A DNA stretch of 64,000 bases from the human T2T-CHM13v2.0 reference genome, Homo sapiens: the NCBI RefSeq assembly GCF_009914755.1, contig NC_060931.1; one strand, given 5' to 3'. Of the stretch, positions 45,601-58,810 are shown in pieces. Position numbers and translations under genes: made by a program. The first letter of the stretch is position 1; every line of letters starts with the position of its first letter. A model generated the notes under the pieces. That model saw only the letters and a program-made list of their open reading frames with translations, made no database searches and was not told the DNA's origin.

Positions 45601-46501
45601 GTGGTGGTTGTTATTATTTTTTATAGTTCCTTGAGCAAAAGAAATAATGTCCCCATCTTAGTATAATATTGGAGGTATATACCATAGAAGTGAACAAAAG
45701 AATATAGTTTCACAAAGAAAGTGATAATTAAGGCGGTTCATAAAGGGTCATAAAGCTTGTAGATTTTAGAAATGTGGGGGCATGAGGATGTGGAGAGGGT
45801 ATTCCAGGATGCCAGACAGGGAGATTATGGATGAGTACTAAGATGAGAACTAGAAAAAGCTGAGGGGCAAAAGGTCAGAGGAGGCCACAAGTTAGGGAGT
45901 ATTAGGAAAAAGAAGTTAATACTTGACAAGTGCCAACATGGCTTCACGAGGAATGGGTTGGGCCTTTTTGAGTGAGGAAGAGGCTGGTGAAAGGGTGGTG
46001 GAGGACACTGCTGCTGCTGATGGCATGGGGTGTAGGTGGCAGGAGAGGCAGGGACATGAGCTAGGAAACTCTCCAGCTATGAAGTGATGAGTCTGGAGTA
46101 ATATAAGGACAGTAGGGGTGGAGTGCTGAACTTAAGGGAGGAGAGAAAAATAATTGGTATGGAAGTAGGTACAATGCAATTTTATTATTTCTGAGCCTAA
46201 AAATGTGAAATTTTTGATTATTTGGTCAGACCAGGGAAGTATTTTCTTTTATGCTATCTCTGAAAATGTATACACTAAAAAGTTGTAGTATAAAAAGGTT
46301 GTAAAGCATTAAGTAATTTTAGAGGAAACAATAATTTGGATATTTTACATGCAATCATTTATATGCAAATATATGTAAATATTACAAAATTATTCTCTAT
46401 TTGTTACAAACCTTAAATATTTTTGACTGAGGAATATTTTATTCATCTAATTATAGCTACTTTGTTCTAACTAATAGATATTCTTGAAAACAAAGCAACA
46501 C

Positions 46502-47182
46502 TTTTTTGGAGACAGAGTCTTGCACTGTCACCTAGACTTGAGTGTGTTACCTTGAACTCCAGGGCTCCAGTGATCCTCCCACCTCAGTCTCTTGGGTAGG
46601 TGGATTACAGGCCCACACTACCATGCCCAGCTGTATTAGTCCATCCTTTCATTGCTATAAAGAAATACCGGAAACTGGGTAATTTATAAAGAAAATAAAT
46701 GTAACTGGCTCACGGTTCTTCAGGCTGTACGGGAAGCATAGCAGCATCTGCTTCTGAGGAGGCCTCAGGAAGTTTTCAATCATGGCGGAAGGCAAATAAG
46801 AAGCAGGCATGTTACACGACGAATCAGGAGCAAGACAAAGTGAGGGAGGAGGTGCCACACACTTTGAAATGAGCAGATCTCATGAGAACAGCGCCAAGAG
46901 GATGGTGCTATACCGTTCATGAGAAATCCACCCCCATGATCCAGTTACCTCCCACCAGGCCCCGCCTCCAACACTGGGAATTACAATTCAACATGAGATT
47001 TGGGCAGAGACACAGATCCAAACCATACCACCAGCTAATACCAAAAAAAAAAAAAAATTTTTTTTTTAAGACATGGTCTTACTATGTTCTACAGGCTGGT
47101 CTTAAACTCCTGGCCTCAAGTGATCCTCCCACCTTGGCCTCCCAAAGCACTGGGAATTCAGACATGAGTAACAGTGCCTGGC
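46502..47182 (-). mobile_element. AluJ split in two (46502-46631 and 47031-47182) by an MST LTR
   Basis: the right arm ends atgcccagc and resumes ccagctaat; Alu TSD aacactt/aatactt. Confidence 0.88.
46632..47030 (-). mobile_element. MSTA/MSTB solo LTR (ERVL-MaLR)
   Basis: tgtattagt...aaaccatacca; exact 5-bp TSD ccagc at 46627-46631 and 47031-47035. Confidence 0.92.
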
Positions 47183-47366
47183 CAATACTTATTTTTAAAC
47201 ATTCTCTACCATAAACTTAGGATCTTGATTTGTTCACATTGAACAGATTTTTATTATACAGATTGAATTTATAAGAAAATGTTGCAGACATTGTCAAAAA
47301 GGGACGTCCAAACCACTGTGATATTTATAAGCATTTGGGCCACATTTTGATAGAACTATACACGGA

Positions 47367-47399
<33 letters not shown>

Positions 47400-47550
47400 C
47401 ACACACACATTATTTATATATATGTATATATGTATATATATATATGTATTTATATATATATGTGTATATGTATGTACACATTATTTACCTACCTACTGTG
47501 TGAGTGTGTGCATATATACACGCACACACACACACACAAATATATATATT
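47367..47550. repeat. Compound (GT)n/(AT)n/(CA)n microsatellite
   Basis: direct read. Confidence 0.95.
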
Positions 47551-47683
47551 TCCCTTCTGAGACAAAGCCAAACAGCACTGTATGCTTAAAGAAAAACAGT
47601 CACACTTCCCACTTATGTAATTTATATTACATCCAGTCACCACACCAGCCAAACTGCTTTATTGTTTTTTGTTTGACATCCAA

Positions 47684-47808
47684 TGCTAAAGCATAATGCC
47701 TGTTGCAGTGAAATATACATGAGCAACCCTGAGAACTCAATATAGCCTCACGTGTTGCCACTGAGTTGAGTTGAGGAGTCAAGCTGTAGCAAAAAGGTTT
47801 GTCACCGG
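47684..47808 (+). other. Latent 125-nt pseudoexon (c.3874-4522A>G); wild-type A at 47683
   Basis: ttgacatccaa| becomes ccag|; strong donor CGG|gtgagt at 47809; length matches the 125 nt I recall, but the coordinate is shifted by 2 nt. Confidence 0.8.
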
Positions 47809-48640
47809 GTGAGTAATGGTGCTCTTATTTTTCTCTGGGTCTCAAGAAGTGCTCTTTATGACATATATGGCATTAAATAAATATCAGATATTTGCACATC
47901 CTAACTTTCCTATTGGTGAAGTTTCTTAAAAGAGAGATAAAGGGCCATTGTGTGATTGATAGTTTCAGGTATATTTTTGCTGCACAGTCAGTCCGAGTGT
48001 ACCACGTAGGGCAAACCACGTAACTTCTCAGGGCCTTGACTGTTTCATTTGTAAACCAGAGAAAAGGACTTGGGTGACCTCCAAAGACCTTTCAAATTTG
48101 GAGATGAGTTTGTGGAAAGTTCAAACAGTTTAGAAAACAGAACTAAGACACCCACTGGCACCCCTGGAAGCAAGAGAGTGCCAGGTACTATTTGTAATAC
48201 AGGAATGAAATACCTAATTGTATGAAATTGAATTCTAACTGAACCAGTTTGTTCAGTTAAATTTTTTTTTTCAATTAGAGTGCTTACTTCAGTATCTAAC
48301 ACTAGACAGTAAACTGTAGACAAAAGACCTACAGAATTTCTGAATGGTATCAAATTCACCACACTTAAAACTTTGGGATGTCTAATTTCAACCAACAGCT
48401 TTCTTTCTTCATAATGTTGAATATATGTGTATCTATTTTAGCTAAATTTAATATATATCAATATACTTTGATAGATATTTTATATAAACTATTAGACTAT
48501 AGTATTATGAGTAAAAGACCCACCATTTCCCAAGCAATTATAAAGAACGATCAAAATTTTAATGGGTTGTTAGTATTATTTCTTTAAAGATTGTGATACT
48601 GATAAATATTTGGCCACATTTTAATAGAATTATACATGGG

Positions 48641-48641
48641 A

Positions 48642-48676
<35 letters not shown>

Positions 48677-48846
48677 GTGTATATATATATGGCAGTAGAG
48701 ATATATATATCTACACACATCTAGATATATATATACATGTATATCTATATATACACACATATATCTGTGTGTATATATACATATGTATATATACCTACAT
48801 ACATATGTACATATACATACATGCATATATCTGTACATATATATAT

Positions 48847-48879
<33 letters not shown>

Positions 48880-48890
48880 TTTTTTTTTTT
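48641..48890. repeat. Compound (TG)n/(TA)n/(CA)n microsatellite ending in poly-T
   Basis: direct read. Confidence 0.95.
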
Positions 48891-49009
48891 CCTGAGCCAA
48901 AACAAAATACTAGGTTGTAATAGCTGTTCTTTCAGAAGGAAGAAAAACAACATGTGCTGAACTCTGAGTTTGATGTTTTTGTATTTTACTTCCTATTTTC
49001 ATATCAGTC

Positions 49010-49790
49010 CATTTATTTATTCAGGAAGAATTTATTGAGCATATATTATGAACACAGCTTTTGCTAAGGACAGGGTATGCAGCAGTTATGGCCTAGTAGG
49101 AGATATGGATGTTAAAAACAAAATGCTCACAAATGCACATATAATCTTAATACTCATTGTAAGCTATGAAAGCAGAGTGTGAGTATTATGAGACCATATG
49201 TTGGGAGATTTTATTTGGTATTGAGGATCAGGAAAGATACCCCTGAGGAAGTGATATTTAATTTGAAACCTAAAGAAAGCAGTTGGCCATGGGAAGAAGG
49301 TAGGGAATGAGATTCCCAAGCAATAGGAATCCAATGTGTGAAGAAGCTGAGGGAGTGAAAGAAAGCTAGTGTGGTGGCAGGAAGAAAGAGAAGAGAATGG
49401 AGAAGGGCACTAAATGAGTCAGAGAAGTAGGAGGGGCTAAACCATGTAGGGTCGTGTAGGCCATCTTAAAGGCCTGAGTGTAGTGGAAAACCTTTGAAGG
49501 TTTGTTAAAAGGTCAATGAAATGTTCTAATTTCTGTTGTAGTGAATTGCTTTGATTGCTGAATGCGAATGGATGGGTAGAGATGCAAGAGTGAAAGGGAA
49601 GAAATCAATTAGGAGGCTCTTGCCCTGCTCCAGATAGGACTGATAATTAATTTTATTTGGGAAGATCAGGGAGAAAGATAAGTCATGAATGACTCCCAAG
49701 TTTCTGGATTGAAGAAATGAAGGTACCATACACTGAGATGGGAAAGCCTAGGGGTAGAGTAGCTTTGAGAAGAAAGGTAGCATTTCCCCA
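49010..49790 (-). mobile_element. L2 fragment
   Basis: atttatttattcaggaagaatttattgagc start; purine-rich body; gaatgactcccaagtttctgg. Confidence 0.7.
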
Positions 49791-50279
49791 TTTCATAAAA
49801 CATGGAAGAACAAAGAGGCTGGATTCCTGTTTGTAGACATACCTTCCAGGCCAGAACTGCATTACTACAACATCTTTGCAAGCCACATTGCCTTTCATAA
49901 CTCTGTGTCAGTGTTGATGCCGTAACATCTTTGGCCTTCCCCCTACCATCCTCCCGCAGTCCTCCATGATAATGCCATTATTCCGTTTCAAATTGTGTGC
50001 TTCCATTGGATGTGTGAGTCTCCTTGAAAGTTATAATGAGGCTGTAGCCCATATGAAATGCTTCAACTCAGGTCCTGCATAGGAAGAGGAAGCTAATCTC
50101 TCCAGGAACTGAGCCTGTGGCTAGAGGGATGGATAATTGTTTAAATAAAGAATATGCTGCTGAGTACTGATGGGCTCTTTATGTACCCATTTGGCTGCTG
50201 CTGCCCAACCTTTAATCTTTCCTGAGCTTTAAATAGGAAGGAAAAAATGGTCCACAAAGGATTTGAGCCATTTTGCTGT

Positions 50280-50510
50280 GGTGATGAGGAGCACGGGTTT
50301 AGAGACAAACACTCCTGTGTTTGAATTCCAGCTCCTACTATCTCCTAGCTAAGTGACCTTGGACAAGTCACTTACCTTCTCCAACCTGCTGTTTCTTCAT
50401 GTACGTAATAGGATTTACCTCATGAGGTTGACATGAAGATTGAAAGAGGTAACATATAGAATGAGCCTGTCCCAGGACATGGTTCATGATAAGTCTGCCA
50501 TAAATGGGAG
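50280..50510 (+). mobile_element. MIR
   Basis: ttgaattccagctcctacta...gtgaccttggacaagtcacttacc. Confidence 0.75.
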
Positions 50511-52202
50511 CTATGTGTCCCACCCTTTTGGAGGAGATAACTGTTCTGTAGCAGGTAATATATTGTTTGATACTTGGTTAACCCTTACAATTATCATTTC
50601 CTGTTCTTCTCAATAATGCTAGAAACCTTTTATTTAAAGAACCACAATATAAAATGAAAAATATATAAAAAAAGCAAATGGAAAAATTCTATTGGCAAGG
50701 CTTTTTAACTTTATATACTAAATAAATCCAATTGCTTAAATAATGAACTGACTCAAGTTCTCAGCACTGCTTCTTGTTTAATTCTCTTTAGTTTTTCAGA
50801 ATTCTCCAATAATGACCTTTGTCTACTCTCTTCAGTTTATTCAGAAATTACTTTTATTTACATAGAAGTTTGGAAGTGGATACACAAACATATCCCTCAC
50901 ATATCTTATGATCCTATGAGTCATATACTCATCTCTTATATTCCCTCTGTAAAGCAATGTAGGTACCTTTCAGGAAGGTGATTTTTATGTAGGTTGAGAA
51001 ATATCAGCATGGAGGTCCTAGCTGACCTCTCTAGAGAGTTTCTGAGACATTTGACAACAACTTTTTCTTTAAGTCATCAGTTATGCCCCGGGGTATGAAA
51101 TTTCTAACATGATCCTCAGTAAACTTGGCTGCCTTGCTGAGGATACTCTCCATCTGCCTGAGAGACACAGACACCATTAATTGGGAATTGACTTGACTTG
51201 TGTGGTTCCTTGTGGACCAGATGGCCACTAAATATTCTCATTTCAAGGCAATTGGTAAAAACTACACTTCAAGAAATTTCATTCTTAATTCCCCTTAGTG
51301 GATGTTATTAACCAAAGGCAAAAGAAAAAAAGGGTAAAAAAAATATTCTAAATGTTAATATCAAAAATATTATTTTCAATTCACCCCAGGCACAGAGAAC
51401 TAAGTATTATTATTGCTATTGCACCGGCATTCCCCAATGAGACAGTGATTTTCTTTTAAGACATTTTTAAATAATATAGGCAGAATTAAGTAGACGGTGA
51501 TCTGGTAAGTAGATGTTTCAGGGTAACAGCTGTGCAATGCTCCATGCAGGGAATTAGATTGTCATTTTATTCCTTACCAGGAACATACATTCAGTTAAAC
51601 AATTATTTGACTTCTGCTCTTCCACTGATTTCTAAGTTGAGGCTCTCTCTTGTGCCTGTCTGATCAGATAAGTAGAGTTGTGCCTTGGTTTATAGATGAG
51701 ATAAATGTGTATTTGAATAAGCATAAGTTAAAGAAATTTTAAAATCCCTTAGGAAGCTAGGCTTATCAGAGAAATCCAAGGAAATACATTAACAAACTAG
51801 GAATTTGTTCTAACAGGTTAATTATAACTCATAAACTTATTGGGTTTTTTTACCTTTTAATTTTATATTACATTTGCTTATAATAAGGAATATTGCTAGG
51901 AATAAAATTTTTTAATATTCTACAATTAACAATTATCTCAATTTCTTTATTCTAAAGACATTGGGATTAGAAAAATGTTCACAAGGGACTCCAAATATTG
52001 CTGTAGTATTTGTTTCTTAAAAGAATGATACAAAGCAGACATGATAAAATATTAAAATTTGAGAGAACTTGATGGTAAGTACATGGGTGTTTCTTATTTT
52101 AAAATAATTTTTCTACTTGAAATATTTTACAATACAATAAGGGAAAAATAAAAAGTTATTTAAGTTATTCATACTTTCTTCTTCTTTTCTTTTTTGCTAT
52201 AG

Positions 52203-52625
<423 letters not shown>

Positions 52626-52660
52626 CTCTCCTCACTGGTATGGCTCCAACCATCAGGCCC

Positions 52661-55430
52661 TATCTTGGTCCATTTAGGCTGCTAAAATAAAATACCAAAG
52701 ACTGAGCTGCTTATAAGCAATCTTTGGAGGCTGAGAAGTCAAAGATCAAGGTGCCAGCAGGTTTGCTGTCTCGTGAGAGCATACTTCCTGGTTCATTGAT
52801 GGTGCTTTCTTGCTGTGTCCTCACATAATGGAAAGGGCAAGACCTCTCTGGTGTCTCTTTTACAATGGCACTAATCCCATCATGAGGGCTTTGTTCTCAT
52901 GACCTAATCACCTCCCACATGTCCTACATTCTAATACTATCACCTTGGGGGTTAGGATTTTAACATATGAATTTGAGGAGGTGGCGGGGGGGACACAAAT
53001 ATTTAGACCATAGCATTTCACTCCTGACCTCCAAAGTTCATGTCTTCTTCACATGCAAAATACATTCATTCCATCCCAATAGCCCCCAAAGTCTTAACTT
53101 GTTCCAGCATCAACTTACAAGGCTAAAGTCCAAGGTTTCATCTAAATATCAGCTAAATCAGCACAAACAGCTAAATCAGGTAGAGTGGGACTTAAGGTGT
53201 GATTCCTCTTTAGGCAGATTGCTCTCCAACTATGAAATTGTGAAATCAAACCTATTATGTACTTTCAAAATAAAATGGTGAAACAGGCACAGGCTAGACA
53301 GTCCCATTTCAAAAAAGAGAAATAGAAAAGAAAAAAGGAGTGACAGGTCTCTATAAGTCTAAAACTTTAAGGCTTGAGAATAATTTGCTTTGCTTTGCCT
53401 CCAGGCTCACTGGGGTGGTGTCTTACCTCTGGACACACTGGGGTGGAGGCTCTATCCTCATGGATTTGAGTGTCTCATTCTTTGTGGCAGGTCTGTGCTC
53501 CAATCCCACACCTATGGCTCCCTGAGTGTGCAATTGCATGCCTGGTGGTTCTACTGGTCTGGGATTGCATAGGTGGCCCAGCCTTCATAGCTCCACTGGG
53601 CATTGCCCTAATGTGGGCTCTATGTGGTGACCTCACCCCTGGGCCTCTACCTGGGCCCTGTGACTCCCTGGGTTCTTGAAATCTAGGTGGAGGCAGCCAT
53701 CCCCCTACAGTTGTGCTGAGTGTAGTGCATGAGTGCTGGGGTCTGCTAGAGCTATACCTAGGGTGGTGGAGATGTATGGCAATGGAGTATGGGGAGCTGA
53801 TATGGTTTGGGTGTGTCCCCACCCAAATCTTGTCTTGAATTATAATTTCCATAATCTCCATGTGTTGAGGGAGGGACCTGGTGAGAGGTGACTGGATCAT
53901 GGGCATGGTTTTCCCATGCTGTTCATGTGATAGTGAGTGAGTTCTCACGAGATCCAATGGTTTCATAAGGCAGTTTTCCCTGCTCTTGCACCCTCTTTCT
54001 TGCCTGTCACCATGTAAGACATAACTCTTTCCCTTCCGCCATGATTGTAAGTTTCCTGAGGCCTTCCCAGCCATGTGGAACTGTGAGTCAATTAAACCTC
54101 TTTTCTTTATAAATTACCCAGTCTCTTTACAGCAATGTGAAAATGTGCTAATACAGGAGCAAAGACTGCAGTGTGAGGTGGCAATGTGAAGTCTGCAATG
54201 TGAGGTGGCACGGGGCAGTTGTAGCCCCTCCTTTGAAATCTTTCTTCCCTACCCCAGGCCTCTGCACTCTGAACTATGATGGGAAAGGCAGCTTGGAAGA
54301 TCTCCAAATGGCTTTGGAGTCATTCTTCCATTGTCTTGGACTATAAATTCTGGCTTCTGTTTAGGTGGCTGACTAATATCCCCACTGTCTGAATGCATAG
54401 CACCTAGTTTCTGTTGAGATGGCTAGTCCATAGTAATTTACTTATCAAATTTGGCCACACCCTTTGTATTCTCTCCTGAGCAGGCTTTCTCATCTTTCAC
54501 AATATGGATAGGCTGAGAATTTTCCAAATTTTGAAGTTCTGCTTCCCTTTTGATCAATAATTCCATTTTAAAGTCATTTCTCATCTTGAATTTTACTATG
54601 AGCAGTCAAGAGTAACTAAGCTGCTCCTTCAACTTTGCTTGGATATTTCCTCAGTCAAACATTCAATTTCATTGCTTTCAAGTTCTGCCTTCCACAAAAC
54701 ACTAGGACACAAACAGCTCAGCCAAGTTCTTTGACATTTTATAAGAAGGATAGCTTTTCCTCCATTGTCCAATAACATGTTCCTCATTTCCATCTGAAAA
54801 CCCATCAGATTGGCCTTTACCGTCCATATTTCTGGGAACATTCTGCTCATGACCACTTAGGTATTCGGTAAGAAGATAGTAGCTTTCTCTATAGCTCTCC
54901 TCCTCTCTGGAGCCCTCACCAGAATGGCCTTTAATTGTCCATTCACAGCAATGTAGGCTTTTTCTAGCATGTACCTGAAAACTCTTCCAGCCTCTACTCA
55001 TTACCTTGTTCCAAAGCTGCTTCCACATTGAGTATTTGTTACAGCAGTACCCAGATCCCAGTACCAATATTCTGTCTTAGTCCATTGGGGCTACTACACG
55101 ATGTCTTATAAACAACAGTAAAATTTATTTTTCACAGTTGTGGAGGCTGGGAAGTTCAAAATCTGGTGCCAGCAGATTTTGTGTCTGGTGAAGGCCTTCT
55201 TCCTCACAGATGGCTGTGTTCTCACTGTGTTGTTACATGGCAGAAGAGTGGGCAGGCTAGCTCTCTGGGATGTCTTTTATAAGGGCAGTAATCCAAATCA
55301 TGGGTTTAGGGTAGAGCCCTCATGACCTAAATCACCTCCCAAAGGCCCCACCTCCTAATACCAGCATCTTTGAAGTTAGGATTTCAACATATGACTTTGG
55401 CAGGGGGACAGAAGCTTTCAGTTTATAGCA
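52661..55430 (-). mobile_element. Near-complete MLT1A-type MaLR provirus (LTR 52661-53015, internal region, LTR 55073-55430)
   Basis: two homologous LTRs of about 355 nt, t(a/g)tctt(g/a)gtccatt...atagca; internal ORF remnant 54702..55067 (RGWKSFQVHARKSL...SDGNEEHVIGQW); degenerate TSD ggccc/aaccc. Confidence 0.85.
53798..54155 (+). mobile_element. THE1 solo LTR nested in the MLT1A internal region
   Basis: tgatatggtttgg...ctaataca; exact TSD ggagc at 53793-53797 and 54156-54160. Confidence 0.93.
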
Positions 55431-57879
55431 AACCCTATAGGTAGCACTACTTTGTCCTTTCCTAATCAATTTGCGTCAATGAAACATGAATTAGAAGAGA
55501 CCTAGGCGACTCCACTATACTGGGATTATTCCCAGTATAAATTATCATCTCTCCACACCTTCTCATCTACTCCCTATCTGAGTTCTGAAGCTCTCCACTA
55601 CAAGAAGGAGGCTTTGGTTTGACTTGATATACTTCTCTGGGAAACAGGTTTAGCATAAAACAGTGATGCTCATTCTAGAACACCTGCAAATGACAATAGT
55701 TTTCTTTCGAAGTCGCCAGGAATCGTCTGCCTTTGGGTATGTGGCTGTGAGCACTGCCGGGCAAAATGCCATATGACCTAGATGAGGCATATGCCATCCT
55801 TTGAAGCCATTAGGACATTATATAGGAAATATATTAACTAAAATGGAATAAAATTTTCTAAATAACACCTTATGTTTATCCAACAGGTGGTTCATTATAC
55901 TTGAGAGCATTATACAGAGGAATTTGATGGGGAGGAGAGCTGGAGAAATTCTCGAAATTCTGGGTTTCTTTAACAGAATACTCTAGCTATAAACTTATAA
56001 TTTTAAAAAATAAGCATTATATTAAAGAAAAGGGAACATAAATTATTTTGTTTTATTAAACTTAAGTCCAAAGGTCTGGATTGTGGCAGAATAGGATCAG
56101 GGGACCTAAAATGTTGAGCCTCAAAGGTCTTCTTAGAGAACAACTGTATTCCACTATTAGCGCTTTTGGTCCTTTTAGCCCAATTTCTGTTTATCCCAAA
56201 TGTTCTTCCCTTTTCTGCCTTCCTTCACAGTGGACCCTGCCAGGAGCTTTGAAATGCCTGTGAGTGTTAAACACTTACCCATTGAGTGCCCAACCTTAAC
56301 ATGCCCCTAATAAAATGTACTTAGATTAACCGTTTTCATTATCAAAGTTTCCTTATTACCCAACAAACACAGGCGCTTTAAAGAAAACATTAACTAAATT
56401 GCAAGTGACACATTTTAAGATCTTTGATATGACTTCAGAGAATGCACTATAGGAACACAATGCAATGGGAGGGAAACTTGGGAGGGAAGACATTAGCCTT
56501 TATAAAATCTGCAAGTATTGCCAAATCAAAATAAAATTTACAGGAAAGCAGGATCATAAATATAATCTAAAATCTTAGAACCTGTGGTTATGATTTTAAA
56601 TACTAATACAATGCAAAATTTTTACCTGTTTAGGTTTTTATTTCATCAGTTCATATTTAGGTATATACTTTTACTGTTCTCCTTTTTTATAATTTACCAT
56701 TCACAAAGATGATGATGTTAGTCTAACTTTAATGTCATGAGTGCTTTGAGTAGTAGTGCTAAGTTTTTGTTGAGTAGTAGTGTGCTTTTTTGATTAGTAG
56801 TGATAGGTTTTTGATGAGTAAGCCTGCTAGCAGCATACAAACAAACAAGCAAGTATCAGCCTAGAGAAGCAGAAAAGGCATTTGGGTTTCAAAGTCACAA
56901 GGCCTAGGCTTTAGTCTAATACAGCTGATAATACAATTTGTCCAAACAGGACATTTTTGGGTGTGTCAAACACTAAACTGGACAGGACATTATGACAAAA
57001 GTGCAAAGCAGGACTTTCCGGGGCAAACCAGGATGTATGTCATCTCACTGAGTCCTCTCTTTGTCCTTGCCATGACTAGTATCTCTAGAGGTAAATGAAC
57101 AGAGTAATGACAAATAGCCAGACACCTGAATCTTATCCCAACAGCACCTCCTACATAATTCCCCATTATCCCAAATGGAAATTAAAAATATATACAGTGA
57201 TAATTCCAGGCCAAGAAATGCTTTATTTCTAGCTTGGACTTGGCTTCCATGTCCAGTGTAGAATCTTATCCTTGCTGATCTGGACTGTATCTCATGAAGC
57301 CATGACTTGTACCTAGTTACTAGCTGGAAGGCTTAGAACAAAAGCTGGTCCAGAGAGCCTCCTTTTTCCTTATTTCCTGGGTCCACACCTTTACCATGGC
57401 AGTCTGCCTATCATTTGATGGAGGAATTTAAAGCAAGTCCAAGGGAAGGGAAGAGAGTTTCTAAAATCTAGAACTTGGATAGTTTAATTTACCTATCCCA
57501 AAACAGCTTAGGCCCAGACAGCTTCTCTCCAAGATTGGTGCCAAACTGAAATTACCAGCTGTGTAGACCAAAGAGAATTTCAAAAGAAACTGAATCCCAA
57601 GAGAAAAAAAAAAGACTTCTGGCATTGTGGCCCAATAAATTGGTAGGATTGTTGTGACTTTTCAAGTTTACATGTAAAATGGGCCCAGCGCAGTGCCTGG
57701 CAAATATGGGTACTAAGTAAAAGTAACTATAATCATGTTTTTTTAATCTGGACTTCACTTGGTCATCCTTTAAATGGTGTCTGACAGAATCCTAGTTCTT
57801 GTCTCACTTTACTTAGTTTCCCTGGGAAATTTCATGTGTCCTTTTGGCTTTAATTAATATCTCTATTTTGATGACCTCC

Positions 57880-58810
57880 ATTATCTGCCTATTCCCAGAG
57901 CTTTCCACCTGATATCTCAGCACATGAAAAGCACCTTATGTCAATAAGTGAGTTCCTTCCCTGCCCCACCACATACCTGTCCTGTGTTCCTAATTCCACT
58001 GAATGGCATCCCATCCTCCAGTTTCCCAAGGCCAAGACCTGGGACTCATCTTTCACTCTCAAGTTCCTCCACGGGTACCCACATGTCACATCCTGTCAAT
58101 GCTGTCCCTGGGGAGTATCTGAAATATATTCACTTTTCTTCATTTCCACCTGACACCACTATTAACACTTGCACAAATTTCTGAGGTTCCTGGCTCATTT
58201 CCCTCATTGACCCCCAATAGTTCATTCTGCTCTTTGCAGCTCTGGTGATCTTTCCAAACCCCACATCTGATCACTTGTTTCTTCCCTTCATATGGCTCCT
58301 TAATGCCTTCTGGACTAAGTCCACACTGCTTAAGGTGGCTTACCAGGTCCTTCATGATTTTGTCTTTGTTTGGCTTTCTACACTCACTGCCCAACTTCCC
58401 CTTACTTCCCATGATTCAGTTATACTGAATTTCTTTGGTTCTCTAAAGCACATGTGCTTTCTGTTCTGCAGAGGCTTTTTTGTTCACTTGCTATTCTCTA
58501 CCTGGGAAACTCCCCCAGCCCTTCACTGCCTCCTTCTACCATCTTTCAGGCCTCTCCTTACACATCACTTCTTTCCAAAAATCTGCCTTGACACTCCAGG
58601 TCTCGGTTTCCTAGGTGTACCCTATAACTCCACCCCTTTCATAGCATTTCTCACTCTGGCTGGAGATTTACCTTTTAACTTGTCCATGTCCCCCACTGGA
58701 GTGGAAGTTCCTGGAGGTCAGGGATTATATCCTATTAATTGTTGTATTTCCAGTGCCTAGAGTAGTCTTGCATACATGGATGGTATTCAATAAATATTGG
58801 TTGAATGAAT
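57880..58810 (+). mobile_element. L2 3' portion
   Basis: pyrimidine-rich body ending ccagtgcctagagtag...ttcaataaatattggttgaatgaat. Confidence 0.8.

Noticed and set aside
44570-45740. HNF1 site for the intron 23 (legacy 20) DHS
   Set aside because: Several loose matches in very AT-rich DNA; none can be singled out without a PWM scan or ChIP data.
46655-47214. ORFs 46655..46858 and 46882..47214
   Set aside because: Translations of MST LTR and Alu sequence.
47335-48960. ORFs rich in CV, YI and HT
   Set aside because: Translations of dinucleotide microsatellites.
53475-54074. 199-aa minus-strand ORF
   Set aside because: It runs across the THE1 LTR and MLT1A internal sequence; typical spurious MaLR translation.
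58245-58760. 171-aa ORF
   Set aside because: It lies inside an L2 3' remnant.
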